64,000 bases of DNA from a bacterium (GCA_030428125.1 JAUIBF010000001.1:14102-78101), one strand, 5' to 3'. Positions 1 through 8,305 are shown, numbered from the stretch's first letter. Numbers and translations are program-made. The notes: generated by a model not told the origin, from the letters alone.

Positions 1-58
1 CTTTCATTTTTTGATTATCTCATAAACTAAAAACAGACCCAGAAGGGTCCGTTCTTAG

Positions 59-79
59 TTTGGCTCAAGTGTAGTAGTA
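59..79 (-). repeat. cassette-boundary core only (TTTGGCTC on + strand, GAGCCAAA in gene sense)
   Basis: The 8-mer at 59-66 lies 13 nt beyond the stop codon at 80-82. In gene sense it is followed by a hairpin and a T-run. The same 8-mer occurs at 1432, 1997 and 2689, and TTGGCTC forms the 3' end of tRNA-Asn at 3139-3145. Confidence 0.4.
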
Positions 80-718
80 CTATTCTTTTGGTGATTTGAT
101 TAATAAATATCCAATCATCCAGAATTCGCCAATTGTTGCCGGCATTGGGAGTGCTTCAGTTAGTCCGTCTTGTTCCGGCAGTAAGATACCTGTGAAGGTT
201 GATAGGACGTAGCCAACACCACCTGCGACCAAAAACCACACCATTACTCTAGGCATTTTTGCTTTGTGTGCCGCATAGGCCATCGGCAACAGCCATAAAC
301 CAAAGAACAAAGTGCCAACTTGCCACAGTGTTTCGTGCGCTTCAAATAGCGTCTGAACAGTATCGCTACTACCACTAGCTAGAGCTGTGTTAAGTGCCAT
401 CAGCCAAAAAGCTGATGCAGCCAATATAACGACGGCATTTACCATGCCAAACGCGGCAATTAAACCAGCAGCAAAACTATCTTTTTTCTTAAATAATTTA
501 TAAAACCACACTGCTGCAAGTGCCTGGAATCCAACAATAAGAACTTCAGCGGCTATGCCTAGACGAGCAAGCGTTTCGTCTTTTACAAGATTAGCTGTTG
601 TTTGTGCCGCATCATCGACGACAAACAACTGATCTCTTGCAAATAAAAATGCGAAAACCCCAGTTATTGCTAGGCCTAAGTAAAATAATCCAGTCCACCT
701 TGCTGTTGTTAATTTCAT
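80..718 (-). CDS. DUF4386-like integral membrane protein
   Basis: 212-aa ORF with multiple hydrophobic helices. The N-terminus RWTGLFYLGLAITG resembles DUF4386. An AAGGAG SD lies upstream. Confidence 0.5.
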   Translation of the reverse strand: MKLTTARWTGLFYLGLAITGVFAFLFARDQLFVVDDAAQTTANLVKDETLARLGIAAEVLIVGFQALAAVWFYKLFKKKDSFAAGLIAAFGMVNAVVILAASAFWLMALNTALASGSSDTVQTLFEAHETLWQVGTLFFGLWLLPMAYAAHKAKMPRVMVWFLVAGGVGYVLSTFTGILLPEQDGLTEALPMPATIGEFWMIGYLLIKSPKE

Positions 719-742
719 TAGTATTCTCCTTTAATCGTGTAG

Positions 743-907
743 TTATTTGTCTGATTTGGTTTTAATTTCGTATGCAGCCATTAACAGAATCCCGGTTCCT
801 AGTCCGATAAACAAACCTGCCAGAAGTGCCCCCGTTAAAAAGCCGACACCCATGCCAATCAATAGGCAACCCGGTACAAATGCTGCACTTGGGCTATTCT
901 TTTTCAT
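743..907 (-). CDS. small membrane protein (54 aa, below the ORF-track cutoff)
   Basis: Hand translation gives MKKNSPSAAFVPGCLLIGMGVGFLTGALLAGLFIGLGTGILLMAAYEIKTKSDK. An AAAGGA SD lies about 6 nt upstream. This is more plausible than the overlapping + ORF 747..1043. Confidence 0.5.
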   Translation of the reverse strand: MKKNSPSAAFVPGCLLIGMGVGFLTGALLAGLFIGLGTGILLMAAYEIKTKSDK

Positions 908-953
908 AAAAAATCCTTTCCCTTTATCCTTGACTCCAGTGTCTCATAAATCT

Positions 954-980
954 AAAAACGAGCCAAAGTGGCTCGTTTTT
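954..980. terminator. Rho-independent terminator hairpin (bidirectional A-run/T-run)
   Basis: AAAAA-CGAGCCA-aag-TGGCTCG-TTTTT: a 7-bp perfect stem flanked by A and T runs. Confidence 0.6.
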
Positions 981-981
981 A

Positions 982-1030
982 TTTGGTTCACAACAATAGA
1001 GCAAGTCATAACTGCAATTAAACAAGATTT
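982..1030 (-). repeat. 49-nt cassette-end repeat, copy A
   Basis: tttggttcacaacaatagagcaagtcataactgcaattaaacaagattt. It has 5 mismatches to copy B and ends 9 nt from the stop codon at 1040-1042. Confidence 0.75.
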
Positions 1031-1039
1031 AGTCTTTAA

Positions 1040-1390
1040 CTAGGTATCGGTTTCTAGCGGAATCCAACCGCCTTTGCCATCGCTAAGTGCCTCAACCGTA
1101 GTAGTATGGTCAAAACATTGTTCAACGGCTTTAGCTATTACTTGCCGAGCACGTTCGTCATTTTCTACTTCGTCGACTGTCCCCGGTCTCATGCCGTAAT
1201 CATCACCGAGTACATCACTGCGGTCGGAGAAAACATAGACTCGTCCCTCTTCAGGTTGTTGCCATAGGACAAAATCCAGCCTTCCTCTCCAATAGTGTCT
1301 ACCAAAACTTACTGCATCGAAATCCCTTCGTTTTGTTTCGGGATCAAATTCTCCTAGTGCAACTATTTCTACGTTACCAACATCCGCCAT
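1040..1390 (-). CDS. hypothetical protein (116 aa from the internal ATG)
   Basis: The ORF-track entry is 1040..1408. The ATG at 1388-1390 is preferred because a TTGACA-17-TATGGT promoter overlaps the upstream TTG start. No recognisable domain. Confidence 0.5.
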   Translation of the reverse strand: MADVGNVEIVALGEFDPETKRRDFDAVSFGRHYWRGRLDFVLWQQPEEGRVYVFSDRSDVLGDDYGMRPGTVDEVENDERARQVIAKAVEQCFDHTTTVEALSDGKGGWIPLETDT

Positions 1391-1399
1391 AATAAAAAC

Positions 1400-1428
1400 A
1401 CCATACAATCATAAATGTATAGTGTCAA
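1400..1428 (-). promoter_or_regulatory. sigma70-type promoter, near-leaderless
   Basis: In minus sense: TTGACA (1428-1423), a 17-nt spacer, TATGGT (1405-1400), then 9 nt to the ATG at 1390. Confidence 0.5.
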
Positions 1429-1431
1429 TAT

Positions 1432-1480
1432 TTTGGCTCACAACGATAGAGGCAGTCATAACTGCAATTAAGCAAGATTT
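1432..1480 (-). repeat. 49-nt cassette-end repeat, copy B
   Basis: tttggctcacaacgatagaggcagtcataactgcaattaagcaagattt. It overlaps the stop codon at 1479-1481 by 2 nt and contains the small hairpin GCAGT-cata-ACTGC. Confidence 0.75.
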
Positions 1481-1934
1481 ACTTATTACTTAGTTCTACG
1501 AGTCTATCTACAAATACTCGCTTCCAGTACCACATTGAAACCCAACCAAACAAAGGTTTTGCAAAAATTCGTAACAATACGTTTGCTTTGGAGAGGTCAT
1601 ACATATACGAATATGTAATTTTTGTACCTTCTTCCGTATCTTCCATTAAAAATTCTTCATGACCTGTTGCCTTGAATTTATGATTTTTATTGTCAGATAT
1701 GAAACCTTTTCCGGGAACGAGGGTTGTTCGCATGGTGACGGGTATTGGCGGTATGCCTAGTGACTTTGCCTTTGCATGTATCAAGAGATTGTTCCCATCT
1801 CTTTCAATAATTTCTATTGAGTGAGCTACTTTTGGGAAGTACTTTGGCATGTTTTCAAAGTCGCTTACAATTTTGTACATCGAATCTCGCTGTGCTTTAA
1901 CTATCCAAGAGGCTTTGAGGTGTATTTTCTTCAT
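1479..1934 (-). CDS. SRPBCC (polyketide cyclase/START-like) family protein
   Basis: 151 aa. The N-terminal pattern IVKAQRDSMYKIVSDFENMPKYFP is typical of SRPBCC ligand-binding folds. Confidence 0.55.
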   Translation of the reverse strand: MKKIHLKASWIVKAQRDSMYKIVSDFENMPKYFPKVAHSIEIIERDGNNLLIHAKAKSLGIPPIPVTMRTTLVPGKGFISDNKNHKFKATGHEEFLMEDTEEGTKITYSYMYDLSKANVLLRIFAKPLFGWVSMWYWKRVFVDRLVELSNK

Positions 1935-1996
1935 AATTTAATCATACCCCAAAATAGAATAAGAGGCACTAGACCTCTGTTATTCTTGGTTATAAC

Positions 1997-2045
1997 TTTG
2001 GCTCACAACAATAGAGGAAGTTATAACTGTGACTAAACAGGACCT
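1997..2045 (-). repeat. 49-nt cassette-end repeat, copy C
   Basis: tttggctcacaacaatagaggaagttataactgtgactaaacaggacct. The first ~33 nt are nearly identical to copies A and B, and the rest is partly conserved. It ends 3 nt from the stop at 2049-2051. Confidence 0.7.
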
Positions 2046-2048
2046 AAC

Positions 2049-2567
2049 TTACTCTTTTTTTGACGAATCTCTGTCGTAGTAACGTTTGACCATGTATACT
2101 CTCGCGAGCGATTCAACTAAAAGAAGACCTAGTAAAAAGGCGACAATTATAGGGAAAACTCCGGTTTCGGGCAGTATATCTTGTTCTGCAAATATTTTAA
2201 TAACAATAAGTGCTGCAAGAGATAATGCAGCTTCCTTATTAGTGTGAAGTACAACAGCCTTATATTTTGGGTAAGCTCTGATGTATGTAGTTTTTGCACG
2301 ATAAGCTCCAAACCAAATACCAAGTATAACGCCAGCTGCAATTGCAAATATGTGTAAAAAACTATTTGCGATGTCAGTAGCCACTAGTGTGCCTACAATA
2401 ATAATTGCAACTAAAGGCTCCAAATACTGCATACGGAGCGTTCGAAAGCGATGAAATTTCTTTAAAGTAATATCATCATTTTCCTTTACAATTGCATTGC
2501 TGCGCCTAAACTCTTTAGCAATGACTACTAATAGCACTAAAACAGCTAATGTACTAAATTGCTCCAT
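2049..2567 (-). CDS. integral membrane protein, unknown function
   Basis: 172 aa with about 4 hydrophobic segments and no recognised motif. Confidence 0.45.
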   Translation of the reverse strand: MEQFSTLAVLVLLVVIAKEFRRSNAIVKENDDITLKKFHRFRTLRMQYLEPLVAIIIVGTLVATDIANSFLHIFAIAAGVILGIWFGAYRAKTTYIRAYPKYKAVVLHTNKEAALSLAALIVIKIFAEQDILPETGVFPIIVAFLLGLLLVESLARVYMVKRYYDRDSSKKE

Positions 2568-2688
2568 GGCCTTAAGTCTCCTATCTACAATCTATTTAAT
2601 AAAATTATACTAGTATCTGGATTTAAATTCTATTCTGGGCATACAAAAGTCAGAACCATATCTACAGTTCTGACTTAGTCTTTCTTGG

Positions 2689-2730
2689 TTTGGCTCTCCC
2701 TAGTGGACATACTCCGCAACGAACAAGACT
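2689..2730 (-). repeat. degenerate cassette-end repeat with intact core
   Basis: tttggctctccctagtggacatactccgcaacgaacaagact. The TTTGGCTC core is exact. The arm matches copies A-C at roughly 60 percent by eye. In gene sense a terminator hairpin (2648-2677) follows. Confidence 0.4.
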
Positions 2731-2755
2731 ATTTATGTAATAACAATTCTATTAA

Positions 2756-3070
2756 CTATACGTTAGAAAAACTGGCCTTAATCGCGAAGTAACGACGACG
2801 TCTCCAGTCTACGCCATTTTGTTTGAGGCAGTACTTAAACTTACGGTAATTCATAGTGTGTTTTGCGCCGTTACACATGTAGCAAGATGCAACCAAGTTG
2901 TTAAGTTCTGTTTTCCCACCTTTAGAAAAGGGTATCTTGTGGTCAACATGAAACCCTTTGACGCTAAGTTCTATGCCGCAATAATGACAACTACCTTTAT
3001 CAAGGTTATAAACCTCAGTTCTTTGCAGACTATTTGCATATCTAAGTACCGCCTCGGCCATAATTTGCAT
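2756..3070 (-). CDS. HNH endonuclease
   Basis: CHYCG...HVDHKIPFSKGG...NNLVASCYMCNGAKH is the canonical HNH/zinc-finger signature. Confidence 0.85.
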   Translation of the reverse strand: MQIMAEAVLRYANSLQRTEVYNLDKGSCHYCGIELSVKGFHVDHKIPFSKGGKTELNNLVASCYMCNGAKHTMNYRKFKYCLKQNGVDWRRRRYFAIKASFSNV

Positions 3071-3139
3071 ATTCTACAACAAAAGTATTAAAAAGTCAAT
3101 ATATACACTTAGCTTACCTTAGTTGCGAAGTGCGTACAT

Positions 3140-3214
3140 TGGCTCCGGAGACTGGATTCGAACCAGCGACCTCGAAGTTAACAGCTTCTTGCTCTACCAC
3201 TGAGCTACTCCGGA
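3140..3214 (-). tRNA. tRNA-Asn (GTT), CCA encoded
   Basis: The reverse complement TCCGGAGTAGCTCAGTGGTAGAGCAAGAAGCTGTTAACTTCGAGGTCGCTGGTTCGAATCCAGTCTCCGGAGCCA folds as a cloverleaf. The anticodon loop is CTGTTAA. Confidence 0.9.
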
Positions 3215-3247
3215 ATATCTTCTTATGTCTCTTGTTGCTCAGGAAAA

Positions 3248-3316
3248 GAGCAGCCGGAGCGTCGGATTTATTCCGCGCACCGCGCGATGAGAAAAACCTG
3301 GGTTTTTCTCATGAGC
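3248..3316 (-). ncRNA. unclassified two-hairpin RNA motif, copy 1 (5' leader of tRNA-Asn)
   Basis: Sense sequence: TCATGAG-AAAAACCcagGGTTTTT-CTCATCGCGCGGTGCG-CGGAATAAATCCG-ACGCTCCGGCTGCTC. It is homologous to 31701-31768 with compensatory stem changes and lies between a consensus promoter and the tRNA. Confidence 0.5.
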
Positions 3317-3337
3317 GAAGCGACATATCAGAGGTAG

Positions 3338-3366
3338 ATTATACGTTTTTTTGAGATTATCGTCAA
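3338..3366 (-). promoter_or_regulatory. consensus sigma70 promoter for the leader and tRNA-Asn
   Basis: In minus sense: TTGACG (3366-3361), a 17-nt spacer, TATAAT (3343-3338). Confidence 0.65.
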
Positions 3367-3418
3367 TTTAAAACTTTGCCCTTTATCTTTTACACTCAAA
3401 CAATATACTAGAACCTGT

Positions 3419-4195
3419 ATGACTATTATTGAGGCGATGTTACTTGGGCTGGTACAAGGGTTAACAGAATTCATACCTGTTTCTAGTTCAGGGCATTTGA
3501 TAATTGCACATGAATTATTTGATACCACAAGTGATAGTTTGGCTTTTGATGTAGCGCTGCATATAGGAACTTTGCTCGCACTACTACTATTCTTTAAAAA
3601 AGACATTATGAAATTACTAAAAAACTTGTTTAAGAAAAACAAGGATGGAGCTCTGGCTAGATTAATCCTATATGCCACTATCCCGGCTGTAATAGTTGGT
3701 TTGTTATTCGGTGGAATCATTGATGATCACGCTAGGACTACGCTAGTAGTAGCGTGTACGCTAGGGGTAGTAGGAGTAATTATGCTTCTGTCAGAAAAGT
3801 GCGCTAGCAGTAGTGTGGATAAGGATAACGTCCCGTCGACGAAACAGGGGTTAATTGTAGGTTTTGCGCAGAGTTTAGCATTAATCCCTGGAGTTTCTAG
3901 GTCAGGCGCAACAATGACAGCAGGCTTCTTTGTGGGAATGAGCAGAGAGCAAGCTGCAAGATTTTCGTTTCTGCTATCCATACCTATAATTGCCGGATCA
4001 GCTGCAGGAATAATGATTAGGGATGCAGACTCCCTGAACTTTGATTCAACTTTATTAATAGGAGTTATTACTGCATTTGCAAGTGGGCTGTTCGCCATTA
4101 AATTTATGTTACGAATAATTGGCAAGGTTGGTTTGAAACCTTTTGCATACTACAGAATCGTGATGGCTGCAGTGGTAGCGTTGTTTTTAGTGTAG
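3419..4195 (+). CDS. uppP: undecaprenyl-diphosphate phosphatase
   Basis: The N-terminus LLGLVQGLTEFIPVSSSGHLII and the later PGVSRSGATM motif are BacA/UppP signatures. The protein is polytopic. Confidence 0.9.
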   Translation: MTIIEAMLLGLVQGLTEFIPVSSSGHLIIAHELFDTTSDSLAFDVALHIGTLLALLLFFKKDIMKLLKNLFKKNKDGALARLILYATIPAVIVGLLFGGIIDDHARTTLVVACTLGVVGVIMLLSEKCASSSVDKDNVPSTKQGLIVGFAQSLALIPGVSRSGATMTAGFFVGMSREQAARFSFLLSIPIIAGSAAGIMIRDADSLNFDSTLLIGVITAFASGLFAIKFMLRIIGKVGLKPFAYYRIVMAAVVALFLV

Positions 4196-4226
4196 AATAG
4201 TTGTAAGAAGCATAAGGGAGATAAAA

Positions 4227-4976
4227 ATGACGATTAACATCACGCCCAAAAAGCTATTAAAAATTGTAGAAATACTTTTATTGGTAGTAATTCTTGGGTT
4301 ATTAGTGTGGTCACAACCATGGGAAAGTGAATCTAGCGCACAGACCAGAACTATAACTGTGAACGGCGAAGGAACGGTTGAGGCAGCTCCAGATGAATTT
4401 GTATTGTCGCCATACTTTCAACTAAGTGGTACCGACGAAAAAGAGATTCAGGCTCAGTTAACTCAGCAGGCAAACACTGCAGTAGAAGAGATAAAAAAGC
4501 TTGGTGTGTCTGAGGACAAAATTGAACTAGATGCAAGTAGTTATGATTACTGGTACGCACGAGAAGATGGTGAAGGCACCTTAACTATACAATTGACCAT
4601 AACACTGAACGATGAAGATACGGCACAAAAAGTTCAAGATTACTTATTAACATTAGATAATATAGAGGGCCAACTAACACCTCGTGCAGGTTTCAGTAAA
4701 GAAAAATCTAAGGAACTAGAAAATGAGGCAACCGACAAAGCGATCGAAGATGCAAGGCAGCGTGCCAATAGGCAAGCCGAATCATTAAACGCTGAAGTAG
4801 GTGAGGTGATTACAGTTGGAGACAATGGCTATACTGACGGACCAGTACTTTATGACGATTTAGGAACAGCAGAATTGCGAGTAACTGAAGACAGTCAAAG
4901 CAGCACTTCCTTACCAGTGTTACCGGGTACAGATGAATATACAAAAACGATTAACGTTACATTTGAGTTAAAATAG
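4227..4976 (+). CDS. SIMPL/DUF541 domain protein (periplasmic immunogenic protein-like)
   Basis: An N-terminal TM anchor is followed by TITVNGEGTVEAAPDEF, typical of SIMPL domains. Confidence 0.65.
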   Translation: MTINITPKKLLKIVEILLLVVILGLLVWSQPWESESSAQTRTITVNGEGTVEAAPDEFVLSPYFQLSGTDEKEIQAQLTQQANTAVEEIKKLGVSEDKIELDASSYDYWYAREDGEGTLTIQLTITLNDEDTAQKVQDYLLTLDNIEGQLTPRAGFSKEKSKELENEATDKAIEDARQRANRQAESLNAEVGEVITVGDNGYTDGPVLYDDLGTAELRVTEDSQSSTSLPVLPGTDEYTKTINVTFELK

Positions 4977-4980
4977 ATAC

Positions 4981-5652
4981 ATGGCTAAAGGAAACAATAC
5001 AACTATGAAGAAAGCGCTAATAGCGTTGAATGTTCTAGTGATTCTAGGACTTGGGGGTGCTTCAGCGTATTTATTCTTAGAGAATAAAGATTTAAATGAC
5101 CAACTAACTTTAACAACTGAAGAAAAGAACAGAAGGCTGGTTGAAGAAATTAACGACGTTTACGATTTGCCGGACGAAGAACCGGTAGTAGCAGTCGTTA
5201 CCGATCCAGAACAATTTAAGAGTGAGTATCCAGTTTTTGAAAATGCAGAAAGTGGAGATTACCTTCTGTTTTTCCGTAAAGCTAGGTTGAATGTTCTATA
5301 TCGCCAGGATGAGAAGCGAGTAGTTAAGACTGCCGATGTAGCAGTGCCAGTGTCGGTAGAAATCATTGGTTCTGAAAGTGCACTGTCTGAAATAGAAAAA
5401 AAACTTGCTGATTTCGGCGATCAGATTTCGGTAACTAAAACTGTAAAAGACGGAGTAACTCAAAGTTTTGTTTTAGATCTTGACGAGGATCAGGGGGCGG
5501 AGACAAAAAGTATTTCCGATCTGCTAGGGCTTGATATAGGGACTACGCTAACAGCAGGAATTGAACCGAATTCTCAGACCGAAATCGTGATTGTGGTAGC
5601 AGGGGATAAAACTTCAGCACCGGCTGCTGAAGCAGAACCTACTAGCGAGTAG
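4981..5652 (+). CDS. membrane-anchored hypothetical protein
   Basis: 223 aa with a single N-terminal TM segment and no recognised domain. Confidence 0.45.
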   Translation: MAKGNNTTMKKALIALNVLVILGLGGASAYLFLENKDLNDQLTLTTEEKNRRLVEEINDVYDLPDEEPVVAVVTDPEQFKSEYPVFENAESGDYLLFFRKARLNVLYRQDEKRVVKTADVAVPVSVEIIGSESALSEIEKKLADFGDQISVTKTVKDGVTQSFVLDLDEDQGAETKSISDLLGLDIGTTLTAGIEPNSQTEIVIVVAGDKTSAPAAEAEPTSE

Positions 5653-6655
5653 TATTAACAGACTTTTTCTTAATCGTAACGTTTTCATCAGGTAGACCCA
5701 GGGCTCGGGCGAGTCGAGAGCGTTGCCATTCTTGCACTCGATCAACATGGCTTTCGTGCTTTACTGGCATTAAATCTCCGGTAATAAATATTGGCTCTTT
5801 TTCTGGGCCACGGTCCCAAATAACCGAAGGCAGAACTGCACCGTGTTTCAGCACACTGATAATAGCGTAACTAGCTTGTTCAAGTTCTACGCGCTCGGGA
5901 TTATAACGGTCGTCACCAGTAACCTCTGCAGTTGTTCCTTCCCATGCCATGAATAGTCTCTTTTTAGGTAGGGGGTGGATTGTCATCATGTCAGGTAAGT
6001 GTCCAAAACCTGCAGGCAGCCAATCTAACACTTCTCGTCTCATGCGTTTATTGTTATCATCAACCAAATTATCAAATTTGATGTCTCCTGGTAGGTGGAT
6101 TTTATCGATCACCTTGCGCATAGTGTCTGTGCGTGGAAAACTCAAAAAAGTATTACCTTCTTTTTGGACGACTTCAGACGCTGCCATACTGAATGCTTGA
6201 AGGGTAGATACACCACGACTGATAATCAGTCCATTTGTCGAAATAATCTCATGCCACGGGGTTTCAAATAATTCGTGCTCAGCATAAGTTGCTGCAGCTT
6301 GTTCTACCGCAACATCAGGCATTTTCTGATGAGTAGTAACAGGAAAAATATGCATCTCTGAACGTTTTCTGCGCAGCAACCCCATCAAGGTCTCCTGCCT
6401 GATAAAAGCATCTTTTATGTAAGGATATAGCCGTTCATCAGCGGCTGTCGCAAGAGCATCTAGTTCTTCGGGCGTTGTTGGCACTGCTGGCATATGGACT
6501 GTTCGTAAATCCTGGGAAGGGTTCCTAACAGGATCAAAATCTAACTTCTCAAACAACCCAGCGTTTCTGTCAATATGAGCAGTAGTGGTAGAAGCTAATT
6601 CATCATAAATTGCACGTTGCTGATCATAGGGTATATGTTCTGCCAAGACTTCCAT
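5642..6655 (-). CDS. hypothetical protein
   Basis: A long uninterrupted 337-aa ORF with no recognised motif. It is divergent from the riboswitch operon. Confidence 0.5.
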   Translation of the reverse strand: MEVLAEHIPYDQQRAIYDELASTTTAHIDRNAGLFEKLDFDPVRNPSQDLRTVHMPAVPTTPEELDALATAADERLYPYIKDAFIRQETLMGLLRRKRSEMHIFPVTTHQKMPDVAVEQAAATYAEHELFETPWHEIISTNGLIISRGVSTLQAFSMAASEVVQKEGNTFLSFPRTDTMRKVIDKIHLPGDIKFDNLVDDNNKRMRREVLDWLPAGFGHLPDMMTIHPLPKKRLFMAWEGTTAEVTGDDRYNPERVELEQASYAIISVLKHGAVLPSVIWDRGPEKEPIFITGDLMPVKHESHVDRVQEWQRSRLARALGLPDENVTIKKKSVNTTR

Positions 6656-6720
6656 TTGTAAAAATCATTATAACATTATTTAAATAGTAGAGAAAATTAC
6701 TATATCTAGCGTAGTTTTAT

Positions 6721-6860
6721 GGTGCTACACTACCATTGGTATACAAACCATTAAAAGTAAAAACAAACTGGAAGTAGGGTGAAATTCCCTCGCAGTGCCG
6801 CTACGGTTATAGCCCGATACAGTAAAAATTTCCCGAGCAGGAAGAAGTAAGCAAAATCTT
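6721..6860 (+). promoter_or_regulatory. cobalamin-riboswitch-like aptamer (short, class-II-like)
   Basis: The core tGGAAGtaGGGTGAAATTCCCtCGCAGtGCCGCTACGGTtATAGCCCGATAC fits the remembered Cbl consensus GGGAA-N-GGTGnAAnTCC-N-CnG-nnCCCGCnACnGT followed by an AGCCCGA B12-box-like start. An intrinsic terminator follows. Confidence 0.55.
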
Positions 6861-6869
6861 TGTATATTG

Positions 6870-6903
6870 CCCTCTTTTCTACTCTGGATAAAGAGGGTTT
6901 TTT
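6870..6903 (+). terminator. riboswitch expression-platform terminator (also sequesters the SD)
   Basis: CCCTCTTT (6870-6877) pairs with AAAGAGGG (6890-6897), followed by six T. The 3' arm AAGAGGG is the SD for the GTG at 6905. Confidence 0.7.
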
Positions 6904-6904
6904 A

Positions 6905-8305
6905 GTGTCTCCAATCTCACCAGAAGGATTAGTAGTTGAAGCTCGAGACATCGAGGCAGATGCTCAATTGCAACGCAGAGCTAGTGGCTTAATTGGTGGT
7001 TTGGTTACAAATAATGAATTTGAAGTTGAGCAAGTAGATGTTGTAGGTGATGTGCAGTCAAATGTGCCGAGAAATTTATCAGAAGCATTGGAAGCGGCAC
7101 GTGATGGGGATGAGGTAGCTCTAGAGATGGTAAGAAGTAATGTAACAACTGATTACTTTGAACGAGCGTATAAATCAGGTTTTGTTTCAGAGGTCACATT
7201 ATCACGTCGTCCTAACGGAGATATCGAACAGTATGGACAAAGCATAGAAGACGTTCATATGAACAGTCTGAGGTTTTTGGGTAACGAAAAGCTAATTGAT
7301 AGAGCAAAAGTCGAAACGCTAAACAGCGTCAGAGATAGACATTATGTAAATAGTGGACTACTCAAGGATAATGCACGAGTAACTTTTTCTCTGGTTCATG
7401 ACCAAATGGACGACGAGGAAGCATCTGAGGTAGGATTTTTCGTTCATACCAGATCTATATCTATCCAGGTAATGACAGAACGCGAAGACGGAGAGATTAT
7501 CGTCCAGTCTGCGTTTGTTGCTGGAAGAGAAAACCTAAGCTCAGAAATTTTTGATAGGTCTGCCGTAATTAGACTGGCGGAAAAGCTGGGTGTAGATTAT
7601 TCAGATTGTGGTAGCGAGGATATATTGGGTAGACCACTAGTTGTAAATAAAAGTATGATTCCGAATTTAAGTTTATCGATTGTTGAAATGTTTGATGTTG
7701 CTGCCACTGAAGTAACGGGTAGGGATAAGTTTTTTGGTAGAGATACCGACAGTGATCACGACAAAGATTACCTAGAAAAAATGAAAGAAAGCCAAAAGTT
7801 AACATCCAGCATGAAGGAGAATATCGATTCCGTCGTCAGCGAGTTAGTGAACTTTAGAGCGGATACACCATTGCAAGCAACCGAAAAGTTAGCTGAACTG
7901 AACGACAAGTTGTTAAAGGAAAGAATTGTGGTTGATGAAAGCATAGATGCTAGAGTCCTTGGGGTCGAAACTGCATACCACGTTAATCATGCACGTGCCA
8001 TATTGTCTTCAAACGTACTTGCCAGAGAGCAACAGCATAGGCAGTTACAAATTCTACAAAGAAAAATTAATCTCGGGAACTCTAGTTCGTGTCCTGGAGG
8101 TGCTGGTGGCAATAAAACTGACGAACTTAGTGATATTTTTGATTTAGCTAGTACTTTGGTAGATAATCAGGATGAATCAGATTCAGAAAGTTTGGAAGAT
8201 TGTGAATTTGTTTCCAAAGAGTGTCCGAAGTGTGGAGAAAAAAATGTCAAAACAGAATGCAAAGACGGAGTTTACTACGGTGCCTGTGGGTGCGCGAGTG
8301 AATAA
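6905..8305 (+). CDS. hypothetical acidic protein with C-terminal Cys-rich zinc ribbon
   Basis: The ORF-track frame runs 6860..8305. The GTG at 6905 is preferred because it lies after the terminator and has an SD 7 nt upstream. The C-terminus is CEFVSKECPKCGEKNVKTECKDGVYYGACGC. Confidence 0.55.
   Translation: MSPISPEGLVVEARDIEADAQLQRRASGLIGGLVTNNEFEVEQVDVVGDVQSNVPRNLSEALEAARDGDEVALEMVRSNVTTDYFERAYKSGFVSEVTLSRRPNGDIEQYGQSIEDVHMNSLRFLGNEKLIDRAKVETLNSVRDRHYVNSGLLKDNARVTFSLVHDQMDDEEASEVGFFVHTRSISIQVMTEREDGEIIVQSAFVAGRENLSSEIFDRSAVIRLAEKLGVDYSDCGSEDILGRPLVVNKSMIPNLSLSIVEMFDVAATEVTGRDKFFGRDTDSDHDKDYLEKMKESQKLTSSMKENIDSVVSELVNFRADTPLQATEKLAELNDKLLKERIVVDESIDARVLGVETAYHVNHARAILSSNVLAREQQHRQLQILQRKINLGNSSSCPGGAGGNKTDELSDIFDLASTLVDNQDESDSESLEDCEFVSKECPKCGEKNVKTECKDGVYYGACGCASE

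Noticed and set aside
747-1043. 98-aa + strand ORF
   Set aside because: It overlaps a better-supported minus-strand small membrane protein with an SD. It also runs through a terminator hairpin and cassette repeat copy A.
982-2045. Classical integron attC sites and a cassette array
   Set aside because: The repeats lack RYYYAAC/GTTRRRY ends and whole-site imperfect symmetry; only a 5-bp central hairpin is present. No intI or attI is in the window. The array is kept as a cassette-like finding but not called an integron.
6771-6847. FMN (RFN) riboswitch as an alternative reading of GGGTGAAATTCCC
   Set aside because: The RFN hallmarks ACCGGCGGT, GCCGACAGT and GTCTGGATG are missing. The CnG..CCGCTACGGT segment fits the cobalamin core better. 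The question stays open until a covariance-model search is run.
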